A stretch of DNA of 64,000 bases, from IMG/VR virus record IMGVR_UViG_3300008954_003475, positions 62,001 through 126,000 of that record. One strand, written 5' to 3'. The notes beneath the pieces were generated by a model, which had not been told where the DNA came from, did no database searches, and saw only the letters and a program-made list of their open reading frames with translations. This document shows positions 49,483 through 57,770 of the stretch, piece by piece. Position 1 is the stretch's first letter; each line of letters opens with the position of its first letter. A program made the translations under genes and the position numbers.

Positions 49483-50560
49483 TGCCAATTAATAAAGTCA
49501 ATGGGAATTTACTTTCAGCTATTAACAAAATGCAAGGAATTGCCGATTCAGCTATCACCAAAATAAATGGACAAACTATTGGAGAGGCAATACACAGCCC
49601 ACTCTGGGTTGCAGTAGGGGCACAAAGCTTGCATACTCTACAGATGCAGACGCCTCAACCTGGACCGAGGTTGCGGTCGCTAGTGTTTCGGCCTTTAAAG
49701 ATCTCACATTCGGAAAGAATGGTAGTGGCACAGATACATGGTATGGGTGTTCCACCACAGATTCAAAAGGAGCCGTTTACAGCACAGACCCCACAGACGC
49801 CAATTCGTGGTCAACAGTTAATCCTCCGGGTTCCGGCGGCGGCACAACTATAGAATATAGTGCGACTGAAACTTTGATAATGGGCAGAGAACATGAAAAC
49901 TATTCAATTCGACGCTCCACAGACTTCGGGGTTACATGGGTTAACACGACAATTAATAATATTCCAGGCAATGATCCAAAAGCATCAGACTCTTTAGCAA
50001 CTGACGGAAATGGGTTGTGGATGGCAGGAATGGGAACACTAGGCGTTATATTAAAATCTTATGATGATGGTATCAATTGGTATAAGTCTACCGATTTGGG
50101 TTCCGACAAACATATTGGATTAGAATATAATAATGGCGCATGGATAGCAACGGAACAAGGCGAAACAATTAACAGATGTATATCTGTGGCTCAAAGCGAT
50201 ACCACAGATACATGGACCCAAACTGCTCCTCCAACATGGAATCGTCCTGCTGATGCAATTGCTCATGTAACTGGCAACACTTGGATGCTTGGCGCTACTA
50301 GACGAAATATGTATAAAAGCACAGATAATGGAGCAACTTGGACAGCTGTAACAAGCCTTACTAATGTTGCTGAAACATCTGCACAAACAAACAATAATGC
50401 CTACTCAATGGCTTCTGACGGCACTACAGTAGTGGCTACTGGCCGTAACGGCTATATTAATGTGTCAACCGATTTGGGCCAGTCTTGGACTGTGGCTCAT
50501 ACCATGTCAAATAATCAACACATGGTAGCTGTTGAATATAATAAGGTTAAGCCTTATTAA
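49482..50560 (+). pseudogene. BNR/Asp-box beta-propeller gene split by a 1-nt frameshift (359 aa if repaired)
   Basis: Frame switches after WVAVG at the G4 tract 49617-49620. The -1 frame reads TKLAYSTDADASTW... without stops into the 49874..50560 ORF. Asp-boxes STDFGVTW, SYDDGINW, STDNGATW, STDLGQSW. Confidence 0.75.
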
Positions 50561-50634
50561 TATGACGGGCGGGTGGATAATTATAGGCTCGTATCTTCCA
50601 CCACACCCATAGAGCTTATTGCTTCGTTATATAT

Positions 50635-50856
50635 TTAGCTTGAATACAAAAGCTTTTTCAGGGATCTTACTTGGTTATCGAACTTGCAGAAGTCACTGCT
50701 AAAGTATTCCAAAGATAACGTATCTGCTTTCGAGTCTTGATCATCCAGTATAAACTGAAACCTTCCAGTTGGAAGTTTTTTTGCGCTAACAAGCGGCAAA
50801 CCTTTAAAGGTCAAGTATGCAGCCAGTGCCAAATCAGATGTCTCATATTGATTCAT
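50635..50856 (-). CDS. DUF5659-like small protein
   Basis: YETSDLALAAYL...FQFIL...YFS pattern recalled for this family. GAGG SD. Confidence 0.55.
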   Translation of the reverse strand: MNQYETSDLALAAYLTFKGLPLVSAKKLPTGRFQFILDDQDSKADTLSLEYFSSDFCKFDNQVRSLKKLLYSS

Positions 50857-50904
50857 ATAAGTGTCCTCTTACATAATGTTGTTTTAAATTAATAGAAGAA
50901 AAGA

Positions 50905-51408
50905 CTATTTCGCATCATGTTTCTCTATATACCTTCTGTGTGTAGAACAAATAGTATTACCATTTGGAGCCTGTCTCTTACACCTGTTGCCATCGGTTTT
51001 TACAAAATCACACTGTATAAATTCAAATCCGACCACATCGGTGTATGTATTATTCTCTTGATGATTAAGGGCCAAATCCTTAACCTCATCCATCTCTATA
51101 GGCTCAGACAGAATAGTCTCTTCCATAACGATGGGCCCAAAAGACTCTTCTTCAACCTCATCTTTCTCTTCCAAAGTAATATATGGATCTGGATTAATCA
51201 TTTCCATATATTGTTCACCAGAAGGTTTTAAGTCTGCAAGATTTTCTTCATAGTCGAAAAATGTGTCATACTTTTCCAACTCATAATCTTCTTCATCCAT
51301 AATTACATGATTCTTTCCTCGCCTGGAAAAAACAGAAGTTTTGGCCCTATTTTTAAGAGGAGTTGCTTCAATAAATTTTAATCTAGATTGTAATCTTTTG
51401 GGTATCAT
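50905..51408 (-). CDS. Acidic protein with a C-terminal CCCH-type zinc finger
   Basis: QCDFVKTDGNRCKRQAPNGNTICSTH. Confidence 0.6.
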   Translation of the reverse strand: MIPKRLQSRLKFIEATPLKNRAKTSVFSRRGKNHVIMDEEDYELEKYDTFFDYEENLADLKPSGEQYMEMINPDPYITLEEKDEVEEESFGPIVMEETILSEPIEMDEVKDLALNHQENNTYTDVVGFEFIQCDFVKTDGNRCKRQAPNGNTICSTHRRYIEKHDAK

Positions 51409-51439
51409 TTTTCTTATTTATATAATAAAATTACCATAA

Positions 51440-51475
51440 AAACAAAAAAGGTACAGTGGAAACCACTGTACCTTT
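51440..51475 (-). terminator. Rho-independent terminator after the major capsid gene
   Basis: 13-bp stem AAAGGTACAGTGG/CCACTGTACCTTT (51447-51475) followed on the minus strand by TTTGTTTTT. Confidence 0.9.
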
Positions 51476-51499
51476 AATGTTGTCTTAAAGACTGAGCTG

Positions 51500-52552
51500 T
51501 TAAGCAGTCACAGTACCTGTAGCGACACCACGAGGGTTGACGATACCAATACCAATGATTTCATTAACGACCCAACCAAGCTTAAGCTGCTTGGGCTCAT
51601 CGGCAGGAAGAACCTCAATGTCCTGACGGACAGGCATCACACCAACAAACTCTGGATCAGCACAAGCAAAGGCACGACCGGCTGGAACAACCTTGGATAC
51701 GACAATGTCGGCACCAAAGATGTGACCATAAAGTCCGGTCTGAAGCAACTCACGCTGAGTCACTGGATCGACCTGCGATCCACCGCCTGCACCAGCAGAC
51801 TCCCAGTTCAGCATATCAGTAAATTCATTAATGTTGAGGAAGTACTTAGAAGTAACTAAGTCCCAACGATCAATGCTTCGCTTAAGATCAAGCATACCAG
51901 ACTTAGAAAGCTGAGTGGTATTAGTTCCGCCTGTAGCGTTACCATCAGCATTAGAAAGGTCTAGCGAAACAGGAGCATTCTCACCACCGCCATTTGTAGA
52001 ATCTCCAGCGAACTGAAGAGCAGCAAAGACGTTAGCATCCTCCTGTGCCTGGATCTCCTGACGAGCCTTCTGCTGCGCACGATCAACAACGTTGAATCGA
52101 CGCCGCTTGACTTCAGCGATACGAACCGTTGGGTTTGAAACAACCTCAAACTCAGGGACGGTCACGCGATCACCAAAGACGCGAGACTCAGGGGCAGAAC
52201 CATTACTGGATACAACTACGGCCGCGACATCAATATCACGATCATAAACTGGAAGAGCGCCTTGTGGCAGCGGATCAACAACTAATGCCTTACGAGCGAC
52301 ACCCTGATAATCAAGGTTTCGACGGATCGGATTAGCCATTGCCTGACCTAAAGCAATCTTTCCTTCTTGGGTCATCAAAGCCTGCTTGATCATCTCATCT
52401 CTCTGGCTATCATTCAAGCCAGGCGCGGTGGCCTGAGCATTGCTTGATGGCTGAAGATCTTCGATAACAGAAGCATACTTGACGATTTGACTTAGAGCCT
52501 CCTGAACATTGGAGGCATTGATTTCACCATGTGTATTAAATAGTGTAGACAT
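51500..52552 (-). CDS. Major capsid protein (HK97 fold, 350 aa)
   Basis: IRRNLDYQGVARKALVVDPLPQG..PVYDRD (E-loop), KARQEIQAQEDANVFAAL (spine helix), GHIFGADIVVSKVVPAG..F (P-domain). Strong codon bias and a strong terminator after it. Confidence 0.9.
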   Translation of the reverse strand: MSTLFNTHGEINASNVQEALSQIVKYASVIEDLQPSSNAQATAPGLNDSQRDEMIKQALMTQEGKIALGQAMANPIRRNLDYQGVARKALVVDPLPQGALPVYDRDIDVAAVVVSSNGSAPESRVFGDRVTVPEFEVVSNPTVRIAEVKRRRFNVVDRAQQKARQEIQAQEDANVFAALQFAGDSTNGGGENAPVSLDLSNADGNATGGTNTTQLSKSGMLDLKRSIDRWDLVTSKYFLNINEFTDMLNWESAGAGGGSQVDPVTQRELLQTGLYGHIFGADIVVSKVVPAGRAFACADPEFVGVMPVRQDIEVLPADEPKQLKLGWVVNEIIGIGIVNPRGVATGTVTA

Positions 52553-52561
52553 AATATCCTC

Positions 52562-53218
52562 CTATGGACTAGTCGGGTTAAGACTAAGCAGGTATACTGC
52601 GTAGTACTCGACAGCAGTGTTAGTTAACCCTGCTGACGCTCTATTGGTTGAGACAAGTGACGAATCTGCCACTGCTCCACAGAAAACTCCAAGCTGATCA
52701 CCGCCTGTAGTTCCAAGACGACCTGTTGCCGCCTCTCCAAAGACAGCTGTATTAACAGCCGTCATAGCATCAATACCATTGGTCGCATGAGCGGTAGCGG
52801 CAGAGCCGTTAACGCCATAGAGACCAGGCTGATGCCACACGGTAACCTTACCGGAAGCACGATTAGTCGCAGGACCAATCGTTACTGCACCGGACTCACT
52901 TGTAGCCGCTCCAGTATTTGAGCCAATCAGTTCTCCAAACAAAGTACCATACTGAGCAATACCCTCGTCGGCAAGGCCGCCTAAGGCACCATCTGTACGA
53001 ACACTGAGCTGAAAGTTCCAAAGAATCGGAGCTAAAAGACCAGCACCACCGCCTACACCCATAGGACCAACATCGCCAACATCAGCAGCGTAACCATCAC
53101 CCGCAGAATCTGCGGCCAAGGATACATATTCACCACCAGTAATTGCAGCAGCATCGGCACCATCGAGATCAAACGTACCAAGGGGTCTTAACCCTGGGTT
53201 TAATAATTTAAGAGCCAT
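52562..53218 (-). CDS. Capsid decoration/cement protein; start revised to MALKLL
   Basis: GGAG SD before ATG 53218. Directly upstream of the MCP with the same codon bias. Gly/Ala-rich beta pattern ASGKVTVWHQPGLYGV. Confidence 0.7.
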   Translation of the reverse strand: MALKLLNPGLRPLGTFDLDGADAAAITGGEYVSLAADSAGDGYAADVGDVGPMGVGGGAGLLAPILWNFQLSVRTDGALGGLADEGIAQYGTLFGELIGSNTGAATSESGAVTIGPATNRASGKVTVWHQPGLYGVNGSAATAHATNGIDAMTAVNTAVFGEAATGRLGTTGGDQLGVFCGAVADSSLVSTNRASAGLTNTAVEYYAVYLLSLNPTSP

Positions 53219-53248
53219 TTTAATATTCTCCATATTAAATTTTACATT

Positions 53249-53273
53249 GATATGTTCAACCATTGAACATATC
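53249..53273. promoter_or_regulatory. Perfect 11-bp hairpin in the leader of the decoration/MCP genes
   Basis: GATATGTTCAA-CCA-TTGAACATATC with no U-tract on the minus strand. Confidence 0.55.
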
Positions 53274-53305
53274 CTTTAGTCATTAGACTGTAACTTAAAA
53301 GCTGA

Positions 53306-55966
53306 TTACTTACTTCTTTTTTCAAGAACATCACGCACCCAGGCGTAGTTTGCTCTATAGTTTCCCGTTGGAGCACTAAGTGCCACTCCGTGTGTCTGAC
53401 GCTTTTGTTCTAATCCGTTTTCAACCAAGCCACCTCTTCCGATAGAGTCTAAGACAACTACCGCCTTTGGATGAGCCGAGTGAATCAGGTCAACTCCAGT
53501 TTCATCATGCACATTATATAGGGATTTGTAATCACCCTTTGGTGTTTCCGCCTTTTCGTCATACAGTCCTTTAAGACCTGTAAAATAAGATCGGAGATAT
53601 TGGTCGCTATTGTTAAGATCTGTTACAGCATCTTTACAATAGGCCTTCGAAACATCATCTGCGCCCTTAAAGAGCTCAGAATCATCGTAAATTGTATTGT
53701 TATTAGTAGAACTTAAAGCTTCTTCTGCAATTTTCTTAAGAGAATCAAATCTTTCTAGTCTACTTTCTTCAAAAATATCATGTGTTTGCTCCGCATATTT
53801 CATGAGCAACTCTATTCTTTCAGAAGCATCTACGCCTAATCTAAAGGCTCTACGGCGTCGGCGCCTAACGTCTCGACCCATCCTCTGCTTCTTTCTTCCG
53901 GCATAACCCTGGCCTCGTAAGCCTCTGATTTTTCGGCCCCTTGTTAGCCTTCGGCTTCTTCTTCTGCCCATAAGCTTTCCTCCAGCTACGCCTCTTTCTG
54001 CAAGGCCATAACCTGCGGCGGCAATAAATGCTTCATTTATAGCCCTTTGTGCATCGCCTCCCTGTTCAACAAGCTTTACATTATAAACACCTCCAGCGCC
54101 TTTTAGGTCATCCAGACCCTCTCTGACTGATGCTACAAGAAATGGATCTGTTGGGTTTGGGCCTCCTCGAACTCTTCTTACAAAAGCATAATGCAAATCT
54201 ATCCCATCATCCGTAGTAAAGGGTGGGACCAATCTAACATAAAATGGCATTCTATATACTCTCTTAAGCTGCTCTAAAGACTGTCTTAAAGCAGCTTGAG
54301 CCGCTGGATCTCCAGCATCCGCTGCAGCCTGTAACTCCGCAAGCCCTTGAGCCGCTCTTTTCCAATCTCCAGATCTTGCACTGCTTGTTATCTCCTCTAC
54401 TGATGGAGGAAGGTCTTCGGGGGTTTGACCGCCACTATCTTCCGGCGGTAGATCACCACCCTTGTCTTCATCATCGTCCTGCCAAGGAAGATCCCCCTGG
54501 CCTGCCTGATAGGCAAGGTAACCAATGCCTGCCACGGCAGCTCCTCCAAGAAGCCACTTTAACCACTTTCGGCCCTTAGCAGCTTTAACAGCATCCTCTC
54601 CAACATTAACGGCTAATTTTAAATGAGTATTTCCAATATCTTGAAGCTTTTGTATAACCCTTACATACTCATCATCAGCAATTCTTCCTGCTCGCTTAGC
54701 ATCGTCAAGAACAGTAACTATCCTGTCCATATCATCAGCCTCTCGCAACAAAACTTTATTTCCAGTTTGCTCAGCTAATTGACGCATTGAATTCTGTGTT
54801 TCTCCAATGTGAAGATGCAGCTCTGCTTTTCCGCCAGCAACATCCCCAACGCTTCCGCCGCCGCCTCCGCCGCCGCCAGCGCCAGCGCCGCCTCGACCTA
54901 TTGACGTTGCCTTAGCATCTACCTCAGATATAGCATTGGTAACCTGCTTCATCTCTGAATCAAGTCCATTCACATAGTTCTTAAAGCCTCTCATGCGGTT
55001 GCCGAAACCAGCCTGCTGAGTTGCTACTTGATTTATTCCCATAAATATATCACCAGTTGAGGCGTTGTCCCCAATCCTAAGTGACTGTCTCGCATTCTGT
55101 TCGGCAAGCTGAGCATACGAAAACCCCTTTTCTAAACTTTTTCTCATACTAGCACGAAGAGCGACCGGACGTATTTTATCAAGAGACTTCCAAGCGGCCT
55201 TTAAGTCTTTCACATCACCAGATCTTAAATACTGCTTTAATGAAACATCTATCTTTTCAATACCTTTTACTATCTTTTCTCGATTCCTCTCCATCTCCAG
55301 AAGCTCATCTGGAGTATATTTCCCTGCTCCACGAGCAGCCTCTTCGCCCAAACTCTTGGCGCTTCCCCTCGTAGCTCTTGCAAGATCTCGTTCTCGCTTA
55401 GCCGCTTCGGCTGCTGCTCCGCCGGTTCTTGTCCCGGCCGCTGCCGTATCACCTGCTTTTCCAAAAGCAGAATAATCACCTGACTTAATAGCCTTCCATA
55501 CCTTTTGTGCATTCTCTTTCCCAACAGCCCTTTCAACTATAAGAATCATCTCGTCTTCAGACTTTCCTGCCTTTACCGCATCCCCAAGAGCAGCGCCAAG
55601 CTTTTGAATCTTCTGTGTTTGTGCTCCGCCTCGATTACTGGCGGAAAACAAAGCCCTAAAGCCTTCCGGAAGATCCAGGCCTCTTATCGAACCTCCTGCT
55701 GCAATGGTGCCTTCCGTTGCAACAGCCGCTGCTCTGCGCGCAGCAGCAGCGGCTGCTTCAGCGGCAGCTTTGTCGGCCGCCCGGGCAGCGGCAACAGCAG
55801 CATCGGCCTCTCTTACGGCCTTAGCACCCCTAAGGGCATCGTCAAATCCCGAGACCACCCCGGCCTCTTTCTTTAAAGACTGATCTAATCTCTTCTCTTG
55901 AAGCCTGAACATAGTTTCAAAATATGCATTTATAGCGCTGTCTTCAGATATTTTATTTATACGCAT
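53306..55966 (-). CDS. Putative internal head / ejection protein (886 aa) with one TM helix
   Basis: Ala/Gly/Arg-rich helical protein in the head module. TM-like KWLKWLLGGAAVAGIGYLAY, an Arg-rich block, and hydrophobic-x-K-x-A motifs near both ends. Confidence 0.5.
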   Translation of the reverse strand: MRINKISEDSAINAYFETMFRLQEKRLDQSLKKEAGVVSGFDDALRGAKAVREADAAVAAARAADKAAAEAAAAAARRAAAVATEGTIAAGGSIRGLDLPEGFRALFSASNRGGAQTQKIQKLGAALGDAVKAGKSEDEMILIVERAVGKENAQKVWKAIKSGDYSAFGKAGDTAAAGTRTGGAAAEAAKRERDLARATRGSAKSLGEEAARGAGKYTPDELLEMERNREKIVKGIEKIDVSLKQYLRSGDVKDLKAAWKSLDKIRPVALRASMRKSLEKGFSYAQLAEQNARQSLRIGDNASTGDIFMGINQVATQQAGFGNRMRGFKNYVNGLDSEMKQVTNAISEVDAKATSIGRGGAGAGGGGGGGGSVGDVAGGKAELHLHIGETQNSMRQLAEQTGNKVLLREADDMDRIVTVLDDAKRAGRIADDEYVRVIQKLQDIGNTHLKLAVNVGEDAVKAAKGRKWLKWLLGGAAVAGIGYLAYQAGQGDLPWQDDDEDKGGDLPPEDSGGQTPEDLPPSVEEITSSARSGDWKRAAQGLAELQAAADAGDPAAQAALRQSLEQLKRVYRMPFYVRLVPPFTTDDGIDLHYAFVRRVRGGPNPTDPFLVASVREGLDDLKGAGGVYNVKLVEQGGDAQRAINEAFIAAAGYGLAERGVAGGKLMGRRRSRRLTRGRKIRGLRGQGYAGRKKQRMGRDVRRRRRRAFRLGVDASERIELLMKYAEQTHDIFEESRLERFDSLKKIAEEALSSTNNNTIYDDSELFKGADDVSKAYCKDAVTDLNNSDQYLRSYFTGLKGLYDEKAETPKGDYKSLYNVHDETGVDLIHSAHPKAVVVLDSIGRGGLVENGLEQKRQTHGVALSAPTGNYRANYAWVRDVLEKRSK

Positions 55967-56382
55967 GTAACTTCCTGCTCTAAAATCTCATCAATTGTTC
56001 TTTCGATCTTATAAGCCAATTTGATGTTTCCCTCTTCTATAGCCGCTCTCGCCAAGCTTCTAAGGTCATCAACAACTTCATCCTGAAGGTCATCACCATC
56101 CTCTATAAGTCCATCTTCTGCAGATTCATCATCTGCGACTTCATCATCTTGAGCATCGCCCGTAAAAACTGATTTTACAGTCTCCTTTACCTCTTGAGCT
56201 TTTTGTTTAACCTTTTCCAAAAGATTCATATTTTCGTTAGCCTCTTGAGCAACATCTGCGGCAATTTTTCTCTGAAGAATCTCTGCTCTATGAACAGTAT
56301 CTACAATGCTCTTTTCAAGCTCTTGCCATACTTCGCTGCTTTGGTAATGGGCTCGATCTTCCTTGCTCCATGAATTAGGCAT
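55957..56382 (-). CDS. Acidic head-associated protein (scaffold/core-like)
   Basis: GGAG SD, RKIAAD motif, acidic tract, C-terminal LAYKIERTIDEI helix. Confidence 0.5.
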   Translation of the reverse strand: MPNSWSKEDRAHYQSSEVWQELEKSIVDTVHRAEILQRKIAADVAQEANENMNLLEKVKQKAQEVKETVKSVFTGDAQDDEVADDESAEDGLIEDGDDLQDEVVDDLRSLARAAIEEGNIKLAYKIERTIDEILEQEVTCV

Positions 56383-56420
56383 TTATATCTCCAATATTGT
56401 ATATCATCACATTTTAAATA

Positions 56421-56427
56421 ATTAGTA
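56421..56427 (-). promoter_or_regulatory. TACTAAT motif
   Basis: AAACTACTAATTATTTAAAAT overlapping the end of the upstream gene, 39 nt before ATG 56382. Confidence 0.45.
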
Positions 56428-56429
56428 GT

Positions 56430-57122
56430 TTACAACAACATGAATTCCAGGGTTCCAATCGCTGCAGATGGAGGCCCCGTACATATCGAAACTCCCGGAT
56501 GACTATCCGTAGGCTGAGAAGAGGTTAGCTTGCCGTCAAGCCCTACATATAAAGTGCAATTAACCGGATAAATCTGTGTTGTATCAAACTGATCTGTTGC
56601 ATATATACCTCTTTGGTAATGAAGAGTAACTCGACCACTACCTACTGTAGTGTCGTCTCCCGGTTTGCCTGCAACTCTATAAATATAATTTACAATTATC
56701 CTATAGCTATCATATGTTCCATCGCCATCGGCATCATGGTTTAATTCCGTTCCAGCCGGAATAGTCACAACTCCATTTACAGAATTCAAAACAATAGATA
56801 TAGTAGAGGTAAAGCTACTTTCTATAATATTTGGATATTCCATAACGCCAGTAACCTCAACGGTTCCAACGCGATTTCCATTATCATCTATTTCAGAAGA
56901 TTGAGCCTCAATCACTAAGACCTCATCTATTTGAGCCTTTGTAAACGCAGAGGTTCTAACATCATCAATAATACCTAACGGGGCAGTTCCATCGCTTATA
57001 CTTGCAACTATATCATTTCCAATTAATCCAAGCTGGGCAAACATGCCGGGTTCAAACTCTGCCGTTGGATCAACGGGCAAGCTCATTGGCAATGCATTAC
57101 CACTATGAATAACTTTAAGCAA
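56430..57122 (-). CDS. Divergent capsid decoration-like protein with a central insertion
   Basis: TTG start with GGGGAG SD. GSGRVTLHYQRGIY parallels ASGKVTVWHQPGLY, and LYVGLDGKLT parallels ...GKLTT/GRLGT of the two other decoration genes. Confidence 0.55.
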   Translation of the reverse strand: MLKVIHSGNALPMSLPVDPTAEFEPGMFAQLGLIGNDIVASISDGTAPLGIIDDVRTSAFTKAQIDEVLVIEAQSSEIDDNGNRVGTVEVTGVMEYPNIIESSFTSTISIVLNSVNGVVTIPAGTELNHDADGDGTYDSYRIIVNYIYRVAGKPGDDTTVGSGRVTLHYQRGIYATDQFDTTQIYPVNCTLYVGLDGKLTSSQPTDSHPGVSICTGPPSAAIGTLEFMLL

Positions 57123-57147
57123 TTTGTTCTCCCCGGTTAAAAGTATT

Positions 57148-57178
57148 AAAAGGGAGGGAAAAGACTTCCCTCCCTTTT
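57148..57178 (-). terminator. Terminator-like hairpin (possibly bidirectional)
   Basis: AAAAGGGAGGGAA-AAGAC-TTCCCTCCCTTTT, giving a T-run after the GC stem on both strands. Confidence 0.7.
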
Positions 57179-57207
57179 ATTTTACTATTAATAGTAAAAA
57201 TATTTTA

Positions 57208-57762
57208 CTAGTAACCGATTTTATTAATGGTAACTCTCACCATATCAGCAGCAAATTTATCACCATTATTAGAAAAATCAGAGGCCATCTTATTAAGGGT
57301 ATTAACTATACCCTCTTTTCTTTTGCCCTCTTTTACCAAGTCGCCCCTAATGCTAAAAGCAGTAGCCTCAACAACGTCTGCCGCGAAGGCTTCGCCCTTA
57401 GCTCGCAAGCTGCCTGCAATCTTTCCAAGTCCATTCATAATATATTGGCCGGAAGGGTCAACGGATGAAAATGTTTCAAGATTATCTATCACATCATCGA
57501 CCATAGAAGCGCTATCGGTTACAGCATCATCACCAGAATCAACCAACATATCAGAAAGAGCTGCGTCAGAAAGATAGTCTTCAGCATCATTAATCATGTC
57601 ATCAGCTTTATCTCCGCCATCTTGGTTGAGCTTTTTATCTCCGCCATCATTGTTGCCCAGAGGCTTCTGCTCCTGAGCTTCCTTTACCATTGTTTGACCA
57701 CTGCCCATGAGCCTTGAAAACTCATGAGCAATGTTATCGCCATTAGTTCTAATGCTATACAT
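57208..57762 (-). CDS. Head-associated protein with internal LxKxA(G/S) helical repeats; start revised to MYSIRT
   Basis: Repeats LGKIAGSLRAKGEAFAADVVEAT and LNKMASDFSNNGDKFAADMVRVT, plus MVKEAQ. Confidence 0.6.
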   Translation of the reverse strand: MYSIRTNGDNIAHEFSRLMGSGQTMVKEAQEQKPLGNNDGGDKKLNQDGGDKADDMINDAEDYLSDAALSDMLVDSGDDAVTDSASMVDDVIDNLETFSSVDPSGQYIMNGLGKIAGSLRAKGEAFAADVVEATAFSIRGDLVKEGKRKEGIVNTLNKMASDFSNNGDKFAADMVRVTINKIGY

Positions 57763-57770
57763 ATTACCCC

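Noticed and set aside
49617-49620. Programmed ribosomal frameshift in the propeller gene
   Set aside because: No X XXY YYZ heptamer in the correct frame. A 1-nt indel explains it better.
51415-51422. T4-type late promoter TATAAATA upstream of 50905..51408
   Set aside because: A single instance only 7 nt from the ATG in very AT-rich DNA, and not repeated before the other structural genes I checked.
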